This document shows positions 22,301-30,760 of a stretch of DNA of 32,000 nucleotides, one piece after another. Positions within the stretch are counted from its first letter, which is position 1. Every line of letters starts with the position of its first letter. The notes under the pieces were generated by a model. That model saw nothing but the letters and a program-made list of their open reading frames with translations. It was not told the origin of the DNA and made no database searches. The DNA comes from Planctopirus limnophila DSM 3776 (lineage in GTDB: Bacteria > Planctomycetota > Planctomycetia > Planctomycetales > Planctomycetaceae): the NCBI RefSeq assembly GCF_000092105.1, contig NC_014148.1, forward strand, positions 810,001-842,000, in the 5' to 3' direction. Position numbers and translations under genes: made by a program.

Positions 22301-24113
22301 CTGCCGGAGTCTGATCAGCTCGTGCCAGATCGACGGCAGCAGACTTGGTTTCACCGGCTGGCACTGTAGCACCGGCGGGTTGAACCTTGGTACGACTGGC
22401 CATCATAGTGGCGGATTCGGCTTCGATATCGGCGAGAACCGCATCAGGAGTGTCAGCAAAGACTTCGTAAGCCACGTTCATCGCTTCGGCTTTGGTGGCC
22501 AGAGCGCGAGCCTTCTCAACCTGACCAGCAGCCAGTGCATTGCGAGCCTGCTTCAGCAGTTCAGAAGCTTCCGTGCGGGCCTTGATGACGGCGGGATCTT
22601 GATCTGCGACGGTAGCACCACTGGCGGCATTGTTGCCCCGTGTGGCCATACGAGCGGCATCGGCAATCACGATCTCCGGACGATCTTCGAAGAGCTGGTA
22701 AGTCACTTTGTTGGCACTGGCCAGCTTTTCTGCGTCCATGGCCTTACGACGAGCCTCTTCAATCAGTCCACCCTTCAAAGCCGAACGAGCTTCGACCAGC
22801 AACTGGGTGACCTGTGCTTTGGCAGCGTTATCGGCGTTGGACTTGGGGGCATCCTGGGCAGCAGAAGCCTGAGCGATTTTCGCGGCAGACTGGCTGCGAG
22901 TTTCAATTTCGGAAAGAATCAATTCGGGGCGATCATCGAAGAGTTTGTAGGAAGCACCGATTTTCTGAGCTTCGATGGCTTTGGCTTTGGCAACACTCAA
23001 CTGTCCGGCCTGCATGGCTTCGCGAGCTTCGAGAATCAGGGCAGTGGCTCGCTGGCTGGCCGCTTCTTCTGGTCGCTGCTCGGAAGCCATGGTGACTGTG
23101 GGCTTGGTCGCTGCCCCAGTCACAGTGGTGGTTCCCTGCTTACGATCCAGATCGGCGATCACCAGTTCGGGGCGATCATCAAAGAGACCATAGCTGACTT
23201 TCAGCTCCATGGCCGAAAGTGCCTTCTTGCGGGCGGCATCGTAGTCACCGGTCCGAATGTCGTTACGGGCGGAAGTGACCAGTGCTTCGGCTTGAGCCTT
23301 GGCGGAACTACCTGTCAGTCCTTTCACGGCAGGTGAAGATGCCTCTTCATCAGCAGTCAGGCTGGCCCAATCGGGAGTCTGGCCTGAGGTGAGTTGAATT
23401 TCGCTCTTAGGAGCAGGAGTTGACGGTTCGGCCCAGGCCATCTGATCGGCTTTGGCAGATGTTCCATCCTGCAGCATGGCCAGAAATTCACCGGGTGAAA
23501 CTTCACCCTTGGAGAATTTGAGGCGAGCCTCGCGAGAGATCTGGAAGGCCTGGGTTGCCAGAGTGGTCGCATCTTTAGTGCGCCCCTGCTGTGCAGCCAC
23601 TTTGGCCTGCGACATCAGTCGCTCGACACGAGTCTTGGCCGCCTCATCGACACCAGCCGGGAGACTGGAGCCTTCGGGCGACTGAGACCGGATCGAACTC
23701 TGGTCGGCCGAAGTGGACCTGCTGGCCACTGGCGAACCCGATGTTCGCTGGCGGGCCCGGCTCAGGTACTCGGTAGCGACCTGACGTTCGGCCAGGTTGA
23801 GTTCGCTGTTGTTGACACTGCTGGAGAGAAGGAGCGGAATCGCTTCTTCGTACCGGCCACGCAGGTAGAGCTCTTTGCCCCGCTTGAAAGCGTCTCGGGC
23901 AGCCATCGCCTGCTGTTCTGTCCGCGGGGCATTCCCGGCAGACAATGTCCTTGTTGTGGTCGCAAGATTTGTCAGCCAGAGTGCAGCGGCGACCAAACTG
24001 CTGCACGCGATCAAACCAATGACCCTACCCAAGGTAGCCTCCTCCATAAGGCATGCGTGATGCGCCCGACTTCCTGTCATGCGTCCGCGAGTGATGTGAT
24101 AGTTGGCTGGCAT
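19332..24113 (-). CDS. Giant secretin family outer-membrane channel protein (type II/III secretion system secretin domain)
   Basis: 1593 aa. C-terminal secretin signature GVPILNKIPYVSRLFKN...LMLMVTPRIV. N-domain-like modules (DGIPLKSVLNLILERFNLAYMIQDDVLKITS; LVIRQTQAVHEEITDLLKQLRRLQDLQVTVEVRFVTVSDSF). Signal-anchor LGRVIGLIACSSLVAAALWL, so the start is probably ATG 24047 or 24080 rather than 24113. Confidence 0.85.
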   Translation of the reverse strand: MPANYHITRGRMTGSRAHHACLMEEATLGRVIGLIACSSLVAAALWLTNLATTTRTLSAGNAPRTEQQAMAARDAFKRGKELYLRGRYEEAIPLLLSSSVNNSELNLAERQVATEYLSRARQRTSGSPVASRSTSADQSSIRSQSPEGSSLPAGVDEAAKTRVERLMSQAKVAAQQGRTKDATTLATQAFQISREARLKFSKGEVSPGEFLAMLQDGTSAKADQMAWAEPSTPAPKSEIQLTSGQTPDWASLTADEEASSPAVKGLTGSSAKAQAEALVTSARNDIRTGDYDAARKKALSAMELKVSYGLFDDRPELVIADLDRKQGTTTVTGAATKPTVTMASEQRPEEAASQRATALILEAREAMQAGQLSVAKAKAIEAQKIGASYKLFDDRPELILSEIETRSQSAAKIAQASAAQDAPKSNADNAAKAQVTQLLVEARSALKGGLIEEARRKAMDAEKLASANKVTYQLFEDRPEIVIADAARMATRGNNAASGATVADQDPAVIKARTEASELLKQARNALAAGQVEKARALATKAEAMNVAYEVFADTPDAVLADIEAESATMMASRTKVQPAGATVPAGETKSAAVDLARADQTPAASPWEDDPQAPAPIAAAQGLSAIDLYNRGMFELNRGNREAAYQAFSQAYESGQKLDRFRAQRLRDYMRELAPKGGRDVQMVNHQTESGPALTEGGVIDDAAKAKSLQFDRLRTETLSTIFKAEQLREKDPETALQMIDRQLATIESSELSPESMAQLQSSLGKTRVSLTNEIEQRKPNLDQKRHNEEVLARIKGSTETKIRIEQEYAKLVEEFNELFKQKRFAEAEVVAKKAKELNPSEPTSETLIYKSRYARRNEINAQLKDRKDESHWKMFNDVEQAMLVNVGDENPVAYPENWKDLSARRSKFGTDNRKRTDAELKIQESLNRAVSLHEDNVPLGEVIKKISAMTDINIVIDPRGVEEEGATTDALVSIDVDGIPLKSVLNLILERFNLAYMIQDDVLKITSRLRQQGQMIAVTYPVADLVVPIPNFATGVGVGMNNVDPRNGSLNQAAGSMMSVPAGMGGMGGQSMAQVAPNVAGGLNQVGSNPRAPQQPTQSTDYDTLIELITRTIAPDSWEQVGGPASIQRFETTLSLVIRQTQAVHEEITDLLKQLRRLQDLQVTVEVRFVTVSDSFFERIGVDFDFNVNSTVGGPETDNQGLPLPPFGAVQLPTQGTSSANTAGTTGTTGTAGTAGTAGTAGTAGQAGAGLFGTQPTRNTTQRSSYQKGGTIVGLGSQNSFTPDLDIPFRQGSFDIGVPDFGGFDPTAGITTGLAILSDLEAFFFIQAAQGDSRSNLLFAPKLTLFNGQTATVSDTVNRFFVTGYNTTVGVGAAIQTPQIQQFPEGVSLTVTAVISADRRYVRLTIIPNFTSITDVQTFSTASGVTGNQAQAGGAGGGQAFGGVQAGGNQQQQQFGFGGIGGFGGSAPIANQASRVTMGQVNQNGNNQNGNNQNGQVQQPAQVVQLPVVEQVTVLTTVSVPDGGTVLLGGVKRLREGRNMAGVPILNKIPYVSRLFKNSGVGRETESLMLMVTPRIVIQEEEEELLGVEID
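19624..19668 (-). repeat. In-frame 15-nt tandem repeat (3 units) inside the secretin
   Basis: ccgttctggttgttg / ccgttctggttgtta / ccgttctggttgacc on the plus strand. It encodes NQNGN NQNGN NQNG. Confidence 0.9.
20374..20445 (-). repeat. In-frame 9-nt tandem repeat (4 near-perfect plus 4 degenerate units) inside the secretin
   Basis: ccagcggtg ccagcggtg ccagcggta ccagcggtg, then ccggcagtc cccgtagtg cctgtcgtg cccgcagta. It encodes TAGTTGTTGTAGTAGTAGTAGTAG. Confidence 0.9.
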
Positions 24114-25114
24114 TCAGGGAACGATCAGTCTGGCGTTGCCTTGCCGCCGGTTTGATCGCCGTCGAGTTGGCTGAAGAACGCTGGGTTCCTCAATCGAATC
24201 GACATTCATTGAACGTGTGATTGGAACAGAATGAAGAGTGCTGGAAATGGAGACCTGATCCGGGAAGACCATGAGACCGATTGACACCATCTCTTCATTA
24301 CACGGAGAGTGGTATTTCAAACCTGAAGGATTGGTCAATACGGAGTCGGACTCGTGACCAAGAAATTTTTTTCGTAACGTTTGCTGTTTGCTGGAGTTTC
24401 GGCAATTCCTGCCATCCTGTGGTCAAAATGGAGACTCGATCCGTCAGAATGGCTGTTGGTGACTGGTGAGCCCGGAAGTTGAATGCTGCCGACAATGGGG
24501 ATTGCGGTTCCAAATGGGAAGAGAATAAATTCTGTAACCTATTTTATAATAACGGGTTGCAGGGAATGACGTGGTTGTGGGTTGCCCGGTTTAGTCAGGC
24601 TTTTGGAAAAACTTCGGGGGCGAAGCATCATGGAATTTTTGTGAGCCGTCACCATTTAACAGGGTCTCTTTTGTTCATGTGAATCTGCCTACCCGGAAGC
24701 ATCCGCTCACTCTTACGATGAAAGCGTCGAATTGACATTAACTGTTGATATGTGAACAGGTTGCGGTGTTTCTCAAGCAGTTGAGCCTCCCCTGAGAGGT
24801 TTTGTTGAGAAAAAAACGCTGCAACCGTTTGGAGATGGCCTGTCGCATCGATCTCAGGGGTTAAATCCAACATTGCGAATGATGGAGACGTAAGATGGCG
24901 CGGGTGGAAGGTGTGAACTCTTCGCGAGGAATCTCCAGAAACCGCTTGAACCCCGGAGAGGACTCTACAGAATAGATGATAACGGGAATGGATTCTGGGC
25001 GCGATAGGTTGTTCCCCGACGACCTAACGATTGGATGCAATGCTAAGTGAATGCGAAGTCAAGGATGGCTACTGGCGAAGATTGGTATTTCTGGTTTGAT
25101 CCTGGAATTCCCAG

Positions 25115-25981
25115 ATGAATATGAGTGCCGTGAACTCTGCAGTGATTGACCCAGGCTCCGACACCGTCGAAGTGGCTGGCCAAATTTCCCCATTGGATCG
25201 CCCCGGAGAGGTGGATTGCCCCGGAGAAGCGCTGCCTGTTGAAAGGTTGGACGAGAAAAGGGTTGCGACAACTCGTGTGAGTTCATTGGGCCTCGAATTG
25301 CCTCAAGGTGGCTATTCAGAAGAAGAGTTTTCTTACCGCCCCGTTCCAGTGCTCGTTTCGATCTCCGCAGGCCTGGTGATTCTGGGTCTTTCGTCGTTTT
25401 TGACAGAATGGATGCTGGTTTTGCCCTTGCTGGGGATGTTTGCAGCCCTGATGGCGCTACGGAAGATTCGCAACTCCGAAGGAGCCTATTCTGGTGCCGG
25501 AGCCTGCAAAGCGATGATGGTCTGTGCGTCGCTGATCATCGCGGGGGCTGGCTCGCTGCATGCGATGGCCTACATTACGGAAGTCCCCGAAGGGTATCAG
25601 CGGGTGAGCTTTGCTTCGGATATCAGCGCTCACGGCATGAAGGTGGTTGAAGGGAAGGTGGAGCTTCCCGATGCTGTTCAGAAACTGCAGAACCAACCGA
25701 TCTTCATCAAAGGCTACATGTACCCTTCCAAGCAGACGGCTGGGATTACCAAGTTTTTACTCTGCAAAGACAGTGGGGATTGCTGTTTTGGTGGAGCACC
25801 CAAGCCAACGGATATGATTCTCATCAGTGTTCCCAAAGAGAAAGCTGTGGATTTTTCTCCCGGACTCAAAGCGGTGGCTGGAACATTTACATTGGCAAAT
25901 GGAGCCGAAGCTGACGGGCAGTCACCGGTTTATCAGTTGAATGCCGATCAGTTTTACAGTCCTGCCCGTACGGCTTATTGA
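25115..25981 (+). CDS. Membrane-anchored protein with a C-terminal DUF3299-like domain (vicinal Cys-Cys motif)
   Basis: 288 aa with three hydrophobic helices (VPVLVSISAGLVILGLSSFL, MLVLPLLGMFAALMAL, AMMVCASLIIAGAGSL). The C-terminal domain IFIKGYMYPSKQTAGITKFLLCKDSGDCCFGGAPKPTDMILISV is a clear paralogue of the next gene. The DUF3299 assignment is from memory of that family's layout, not a search. Confidence 0.55.
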   Translation: MNMSAVNSAVIDPGSDTVEVAGQISPLDRPGEVDCPGEALPVERLDEKRVATTRVSSLGLELPQGGYSEEEFSYRPVPVLVSISAGLVILGLSSFLTEWMLVLPLLGMFAALMALRKIRNSEGAYSGAGACKAMMVCASLIIAGAGSLHAMAYITEVPEGYQRVSFASDISAHGMKVVEGKVELPDAVQKLQNQPIFIKGYMYPSKQTAGITKFLLCKDSGDCCFGGAPKPTDMILISVPKEKAVDFSPGLKAVAGTFTLANGAEADGQSPVYQLNADQFYSPARTAY

Positions 25982-26086
25982 TGGATCCGGGCTGATTTTC
26001 TCGGAACTCTGATCAGCCTCCGCCGAGGGAAGTGACCATTAATTGGAAGATCCAGTCGCTTGAAATCAGGCGTATCTGCATCTTGA

Positions 26087-27217
26087 TTGCAACTGCCGGT
26101 GGTTTCATCTGGCGAATTTGCAAGCTCACACAGTCAATCGTGCTGTTCTCAAAATGCAAAAAACCGTACTCTCTATTGGTGTTCCTGCGGTTTATGGGAG
26201 AGCAGTGCGATGTGGTCACAGCCAGGTTTTGCAGCCCGATCCAAGCCCCAATCTCTTCAACGGGGGTTCGAGGATCGCTTGCGATGGCTCCCCATGCTGC
26301 TCGTGCTGACGACGGCCTCAGGATGTTTTCAGAGTGATTACAGCGATTACAAGACATTCGGTGATGCAGATCTGGTGAAAACCGCACCAGAGGCGAGCGG
26401 ACAAAGTGAAGACCAGGCAGAATCTCAGGTCGCAACGTCCAGCAAAGAACCGTCTCAGACCGAACGAGCCTCTGTCGGCGCTGATAAGCCACAAGCTGCT
26501 GATCCTCAGGCAACGACTGCCATCGTGGCTGATGCAGGGGCCGCTGAAAACCTTGCCAGCGCCGATGGAAAGATGACACCCGTCCGGCCAGAAACCAAAG
26601 CGAGCAGCCTGCGCAGCGATCTGATTTTGGCTCCCGAAGCAGGGTTTGAATCCAGGACCGCATCGGCACCTGCTTCGGCTCTCAAAGCAGCTAACAGTTC
26701 CAATGTTGATCAGCGAGGTTCTGAGGTGTTGCCGGCTGATCAGGCCGGCAACAGTTCCGAAACCCCCGTTTTGCGGGAAGTGAAGCTGCTGATTCCGGAA
26801 AAGCAGTTCAGTGCTGAAGGGAAAGATCAGGCACTGCGGGTCTCCTACGACGATCTGGATCTGCTCAAGGTTCTGAATATGGAACCTGTGACCGATCAAT
26901 GTGTGGAACTGATGCCCGATTGGCTTAAACAACTCAATGGGCAAAAGGTGCGTATTCGGGGCTTTATGTATCCCACGTTCGAGGCGACAGGGATTACTGA
27001 GTTTGTGCTGGCTCGTGACAATCAGATTTGCTGTTTTGGTCGAAATCCCAAAGTTTACGACCTGATTGGTGTGAAGATGGCAGCGGGAAAAACCACGCAC
27101 TACATTCCCAATCGACCATTCGATGTGACCGGAACCTTTGTGATTGAAAAGGCCTCGGCTGAAGGCGAGATTTTTGGGCTGTACTGGATTCGTGACGCTG
27201 TCATTAACGAGCGCTGA
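26087..27217 (+). CDS. Lipoprotein with a C-terminal DUF3299-like domain (vicinal Cys-Cys motif)
   Basis: The probable true start is ATG 26210 (MWSQPGF...), giving the signal LPMLLVLTTASGC with lipobox ASG-C. An acidic/Ser/Thr/Ala-rich linker follows, then VRIRGFMYPTFEATGITEFVLARDNQICCFGRNPKVYDLIGVKM. Confidence 0.6.
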   Translation: MQLPVVSSGEFASSHSQSCCSQNAKNRTLYWCSCGLWESSAMWSQPGFAARSKPQSLQRGFEDRLRWLPMLLVLTTASGCFQSDYSDYKTFGDADLVKTAPEASGQSEDQAESQVATSSKEPSQTERASVGADKPQAADPQATTAIVADAGAAENLASADGKMTPVRPETKASSLRSDLILAPEAGFESRTASAPASALKAANSSNVDQRGSEVLPADQAGNSSETPVLREVKLLIPEKQFSAEGKDQALRVSYDDLDLLKVLNMEPVTDQCVELMPDWLKQLNGQKVRIRGFMYPTFEATGITEFVLARDNQICCFGRNPKVYDLIGVKMAAGKTTHYIPNRPFDVTGTFVIEKASAEGEIFGLYWIRDAVINER

Positions 27218-27296
27218 ACCGTCCCATAAGCCATTGAAATTCATAAGTGAAGTGGATTGATCATCATCCCTGAAGATCGATCAGAGAAATACCAGA

Positions 27297-28571
27297 ATGC
27301 AGAATCCTATGACGATGTTTTCTTCGCCAGTCGTAAGCCGATCATCACGGGGTCACCAGCCGGTTTGGCAGCGATGGATCAGTTGGCTCTGTCTCATATT
27401 GGCCCTGGGGCTGATGGTGTCACCTGTGCGGGCGTGCCCATTTTGTTCGGCACCCAGCAAAACACTTTCCGAGCAGGTGAGTGATGCTTCGGCTTTGTTG
27501 GAAGTGACTTGGGAATCTGCCAAAGATGCTCAGCAGACCGATGTCGGTTCAACGACCTTTCGCATTCTCAAGGTCATCAAGCAGGCCAAAGATGAGTTCT
27601 CAGTCAACGATCTGATTACGCTTCCCAGGTATCGCCCCGGTGAAAAGACGGATCGCTATCTGTTATTTGGAAATGCAGCCGGAGCTGAACTCGACTGGCA
27701 ACCTCCGGTGGCAGCCAGTCAGTCACTGGTGGAGTACCTGCAGAATGCGCCGAAGCCGAATCTGCCGTATCGCGAGCGACTGCCTTATTTCATGGGCTAT
27801 CTGGAAAACAGCGAAACACCCATTTCTGATGACGCCTACGGTGAATTTGCCAATGCACCGTACGAAGAGATCACTCCACTTTCTTCAAAAATGCCCCGCG
27901 AGAAGTTGCGAGAATGGCTCGTCGATCCCAAAGTTTCTCCCAGCCGCTTGGGCTTGTATGGCCTGATGATGGGGCTTTCTGGGAATGACGAAGACCGGCA
28001 ACTGATGGAGAAAAAAATCCTCGAACCCAATACCGATTTCCGCCTGGGAATCGATGGGGTGATGGGGGGCTATCTGCTTCTCGCAAAAGAGCCGGGTCTG
28101 GAGGTTCTTGAGCGGACGAAACTCGCCGATAAGCAGGCACCCTTCAGCGAAACTTATGCCGCCATGCAGGCTTTGCGATTCATGTGGCAATACGGTAACG
28201 AGACCATCAGCCCCAAACGTCTGCGGAAGTCGATGGAATTGCTCCTGACCCGGCCTGAGCTGGCTGATCTGGTGATTGCTGATCTTGCCCGCTGGAAGGA
28301 TTGGGAAGTGGTTCCGCTGCTGATTGCCAAGTTTGAAGATCCTGAGTTTGGCATCCCTTCCATCCGCCGGGCGATTGTTCGCTTTATGATTTACTGTGCG
28401 AAAGATGCTCAGGAAGTGAAAAATCAGCCAGCGTCGGAATCGAAGCTGACACCTGAAGAGCTGGCACAGGTTCAAGCTCTTGGCCAGCAGGCCGAAGAGT
28501 GGCTCAAGAAGCTCGAAGAAACCGATCCCGGCTTGATTCGAGATGCCCGCCGATTTCTGCTGATCAAGTAA
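27297..28571 (+). CDS. Secreted hypothetical protein with CPFC immediately after the signal peptide and a helical-repeat-like body
   Basis: 424 aa. Signal WISWLCLILALGLMVSPVRA followed directly by CPFCSAPSK. The remainder looks helix-rich (LGLYGLMMGLSGNDEDRQLMEKKI, ADLVIADLARWKDWEVVPLLIAKFEDPE). I recognised no known family. Confidence 0.45.
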   Translation: MQNPMTMFSSPVVSRSSRGHQPVWQRWISWLCLILALGLMVSPVRACPFCSAPSKTLSEQVSDASALLEVTWESAKDAQQTDVGSTTFRILKVIKQAKDEFSVNDLITLPRYRPGEKTDRYLLFGNAAGAELDWQPPVAASQSLVEYLQNAPKPNLPYRERLPYFMGYLENSETPISDDAYGEFANAPYEEITPLSSKMPREKLREWLVDPKVSPSRLGLYGLMMGLSGNDEDRQLMEKKILEPNTDFRLGIDGVMGGYLLLAKEPGLEVLERTKLADKQAPFSETYAAMQALRFMWQYGNETISPKRLRKSMELLLTRPELADLVIADLARWKDWEVVPLLIAKFEDPEFGIPSIRRAIVRFMIYCAKDAQEVKNQPASESKLTPEELAQVQALGQQAEEWLKKLEETDPGLIRDARRFLLIK

Positions 28572-28626
28572 AACTCATGAGGCAGTGGCTCTGCACGTCC
28601 CAGAAATCAATGGCATGTTGTGGGTC

Positions 28627-28662
28627 GTCGAGCATGCTTGCTCAGAGCCGCAAGCATGGCAC
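28627..28662. repeat. Palindromic REP-like element, copy B
   Basis: gtcgagcatgcttgctcagagccgcaagcatggcac. It lies between convergent genes (stops at 28571 and 28699). Confidence 0.6.
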
Positions 28663-28698
28663 ATCTGGCGCTGTCTAAGTCAAATCTTGAAGTCCTGA

Positions 28699-29352
28699 TC
28701 AGCAAGCCTGGGGCTTGAGACAGCGTTCGATGGCAGGGAGGTATTCGGCTAAGGGAGCAACTTGCAGTTCGGGCACCTTGGCTGCTTCGTCGCAACGGCG
28801 TAGAAGTGTGGCTTCTTTGAAAAAAGGATGTTTTTCAAACTCAGCCACTTCGTCGGCAGACATCGGGCCACCTTGCAAGGCAAGGCTTTGCACCGATGGA
28901 GCACTTAACTGTGCAAAGTAACCGGGTTCTGCTGCAGCCAGGTATCTTTTCGCCTGGACATGCAGGCAGGCGGGTTGAGTAACCGCTTCAATGAAGCGGG
29001 GTTCCATCCACTGAAAAGCCAACGTTTCATGCATATCGTCGACACCATGATCTGGTGCATCTTCGGGAAGATCGTGCAGGAGATGGCCGACATCGTGCAG
29101 CAAAGCCGCAACGACCACAGACTCGGGAGCATTGAAGCTTCTGGCGAAGTGAGCAGCTTGCAGGGCATGCTCACGCTGAGTAACGGCCTCTTTGCCATAA
29201 TTGGAATCGCCATGCTGAGCAAAGAGATTCACGATGGATTCCATCACCTGTTGAGGCGATTCGCTGCCGCATGTTCCCGTGGTCGCCATGATGATCACTC
29301 CGTATTCATTCCAAGGACAATCAACGATCCATGAAGGCAGTGGCCACACCAA
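28699..29352 (-). CDS. HD-domain protein, PhnZ-like (phosphonate-degradation-associated HD oxygenase family)
   Basis: YGKEAVTQREHALQAAHFARS...VVAALLHDVGHLLHD and DMHETLAFQWM resemble the PhnZ/TIGR03276-type HD family. The likely true start is ATG 29289 (MATTGTCG). Confidence 0.6.
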   Translation of the reverse strand: MVWPLPSWIVDCPWNEYGVIIMATTGTCGSESPQQVMESIVNLFAQHGDSNYGKEAVTQREHALQAAHFARSFNAPESVVVAALLHDVGHLLHDLPEDAPDHGVDDMHETLAFQWMEPRFIEAVTQPACLHVQAKRYLAAAEPGYFAQLSAPSVQSLALQGGPMSADEVAEFEKHPFFKEATLLRRCDEAAKVPELQVAPLAEYLPAIERCLKPQAC

Positions 29353-29644
29353 TGGCTGATAACACGGCAGGATCGAACTTCTTTACACGATTACCCTGAC
29401 AATATCGCGTGGAATGTTATCGACTTTCAATGCCATAATGTTTCCTTATGAGAAAATTCATCGAGTCGGTGAACTTGAACTTGCGCGGCCTGTTGAGGCT
29501 GTGTGGAATTGACGTCGAGATGGTGAGAAGCAGTTATCGCATTGGTGATGGTGGATGCGTTGTGTCAGCACCTTGTTGACGGCATTGCGCAGCCGTATAC
29601 TCTTCGACGCATAAGAAAGATCGTCTGCGAACTGTCCGACTTCG

Positions 29645-30712
29645 TTGTTGAGACATGTCCAGACTGTACTTCAGTTGAGGAGTGTGCTTGTGGCCCCGGT
29701 GAAGGTTGGCATCAACGGTTTTGGACGTATTGGGCGTGTCGCATTTCGTGCAATGGCAGCCCGCCCGGAAGAATTTGAAATTGTCGCCGTCAACGACCTG
29801 GGTAAGCCTGATTCTCTCGCTATGCTCCTGAAGTACGACAGCGTTCATGGCCGATTCCCTGGAACTGTGGAAGTCGATGGCGACTCAATCGTCGTCAACG
29901 GCAAGAAGGTCAAAGTGGTCGCTGAACGCGATCCCCGCCAGCTTCCCTGGAAGGCAATGGGCGTCGAGATCGCTCTCGAGTCGACTGGTTTCTTCACTGC
30001 TCGTGCGAAGGATGGAAAGCCTGGTTACGACAGCCATCTGGAAGCTGGTGCCCGCAAGGTCATTCTTTCTGCACCTGCCAAGGATACACCTGACCTGACC
30101 GTCGTGGTGGGCGTCAACGACAATCAGCTCACTCCCGAGCACAAGTGCATCTCGAATGCCAGTTGCACCACCAACTGCCTGGCTCCCGTGGCGAAGGTGC
30201 TGCACGAAAACTTTGGCATCGTCAAGGGTTTGATGACCACTTGCCACGCCTACACCAACGACCAGCGTCTCGCTGACCAGTTGCACGATAACATTCATCG
30301 CTCACGAGCTGCCGCCGTGAATATTATCCCCACATCGACCGGTGCCGCTAAGGCCGTCGGTGAAGTTCTGCCAGAACTCAATGGCAAGCTGACCGGGATT
30401 TCGCTGCGAGTCCCTGTGCCTTGCGGCAGCATTACCGACCTGGTCGCCGAACTTGGCAAGGACGTGACTGTTGATGAAGTGAATGCTGCTGTGAAAGCTG
30501 CTGCCGAAGGCCCGCTGAAGGGAATTCTGCAGTACAACACCGATCCCATCGTTTCGAGCGATGTGATTGGTAATGCTCACAGCTCGATTTTCGACGCTCC
30601 CTGGACCATGGTTCTCCAGAAGCGGATGATCAAGATTCTGAGCTGGTACGACAACGAGTTTGGCTATTCCAACCGGACAGCCGACCTCATTGCCAAGGTT
30701 GCCAAGCTCTAA
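29645..30712 (+). CDS. gap: Type I glyceraldehyde-3-phosphate dehydrogenase
   Basis: [13 protein letters not shown], the catalytic [12 protein letters not shown], and [11 protein letters not shown]. The true start is probably GTG 29690 ([10 protein letters not shown]). Confidence 0.92.
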   Translation: MLRHVQTVLQLRSVLVAPVKVGINGFGRIGRVAFRAMAARPEEFEIVAVNDLGKPDSLAMLLKYDSVHGRFPGTVEVDGDSIVVNGKKVKVVAERDPRQLPWKAMGVEIALESTGFFTARAKDGKPGYDSHLEAGARKVILSAPAKDTPDLTVVVGVNDNQLTPEHKCISNASCTTNCLAPVAKVLHENFGIVKGLMTTCHAYTNDQRLADQLHDNIHRSRAAAVNIIPTSTGAAKAVGEVLPELNGKLTGISLRVPVPCGSITDLVAELGKDVTVDEVNAAVKAAAEGPLKGILQYNTDPIVSSDVIGNAHSSIFDAPWTMVLQKRMIKILSWYDNEFGYSNRTADLIAKVAKL

Positions 30713-30722
30713 TTGGATGATG

Positions 30723-30760
30723 ATGACCACCAGGGCGGATGGCTCTGGTGGTCATTTTTT
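30723..30760 (+). terminator. Intrinsic terminator after gap
   Basis: 11-bp stem atgaccaccag / ctggtggtcat (30723-30733, 30745-30755) followed by a T-run to 30760. Confidence 0.7.

Noticed and set aside
19230-23336. Three long plus-strand ORFs (19230-20453, 20463-21404, 22053-23336; 313-427 aa) antisense to the secretin.
   Set aside because: They lie entirely opposite a CDS with strong family motifs. Their translations are low-complexity (Gly/Asp/Thr/Leu-rich) with no recognisable motifs. Long antisense frames are expected opposite GC3-biased genes.
24114-24338. A 74-aa ORF in the same frame as the secretin, separated from its ATG by a single TGA (possible readthrough or N-terminal extension).
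   Set aside because: The secretin signal-anchor begins downstream (near ATG 24047), so an additional 74-aa extension with no targeting features makes little sense. The shared frame is most simply a coincidence. It would only be worth revisiting if orthologues conserve the frame.
26013-27244. Minus-strand ORFs 26013-26669 (218 aa) and 26318-27244 (308 aa) antisense to the DUF3299-like lipoprotein gene.
   Set aside because: They have no motifs. The plus-strand gene has a lipobox and a clear paralogue next door, which supports the plus-strand reading.
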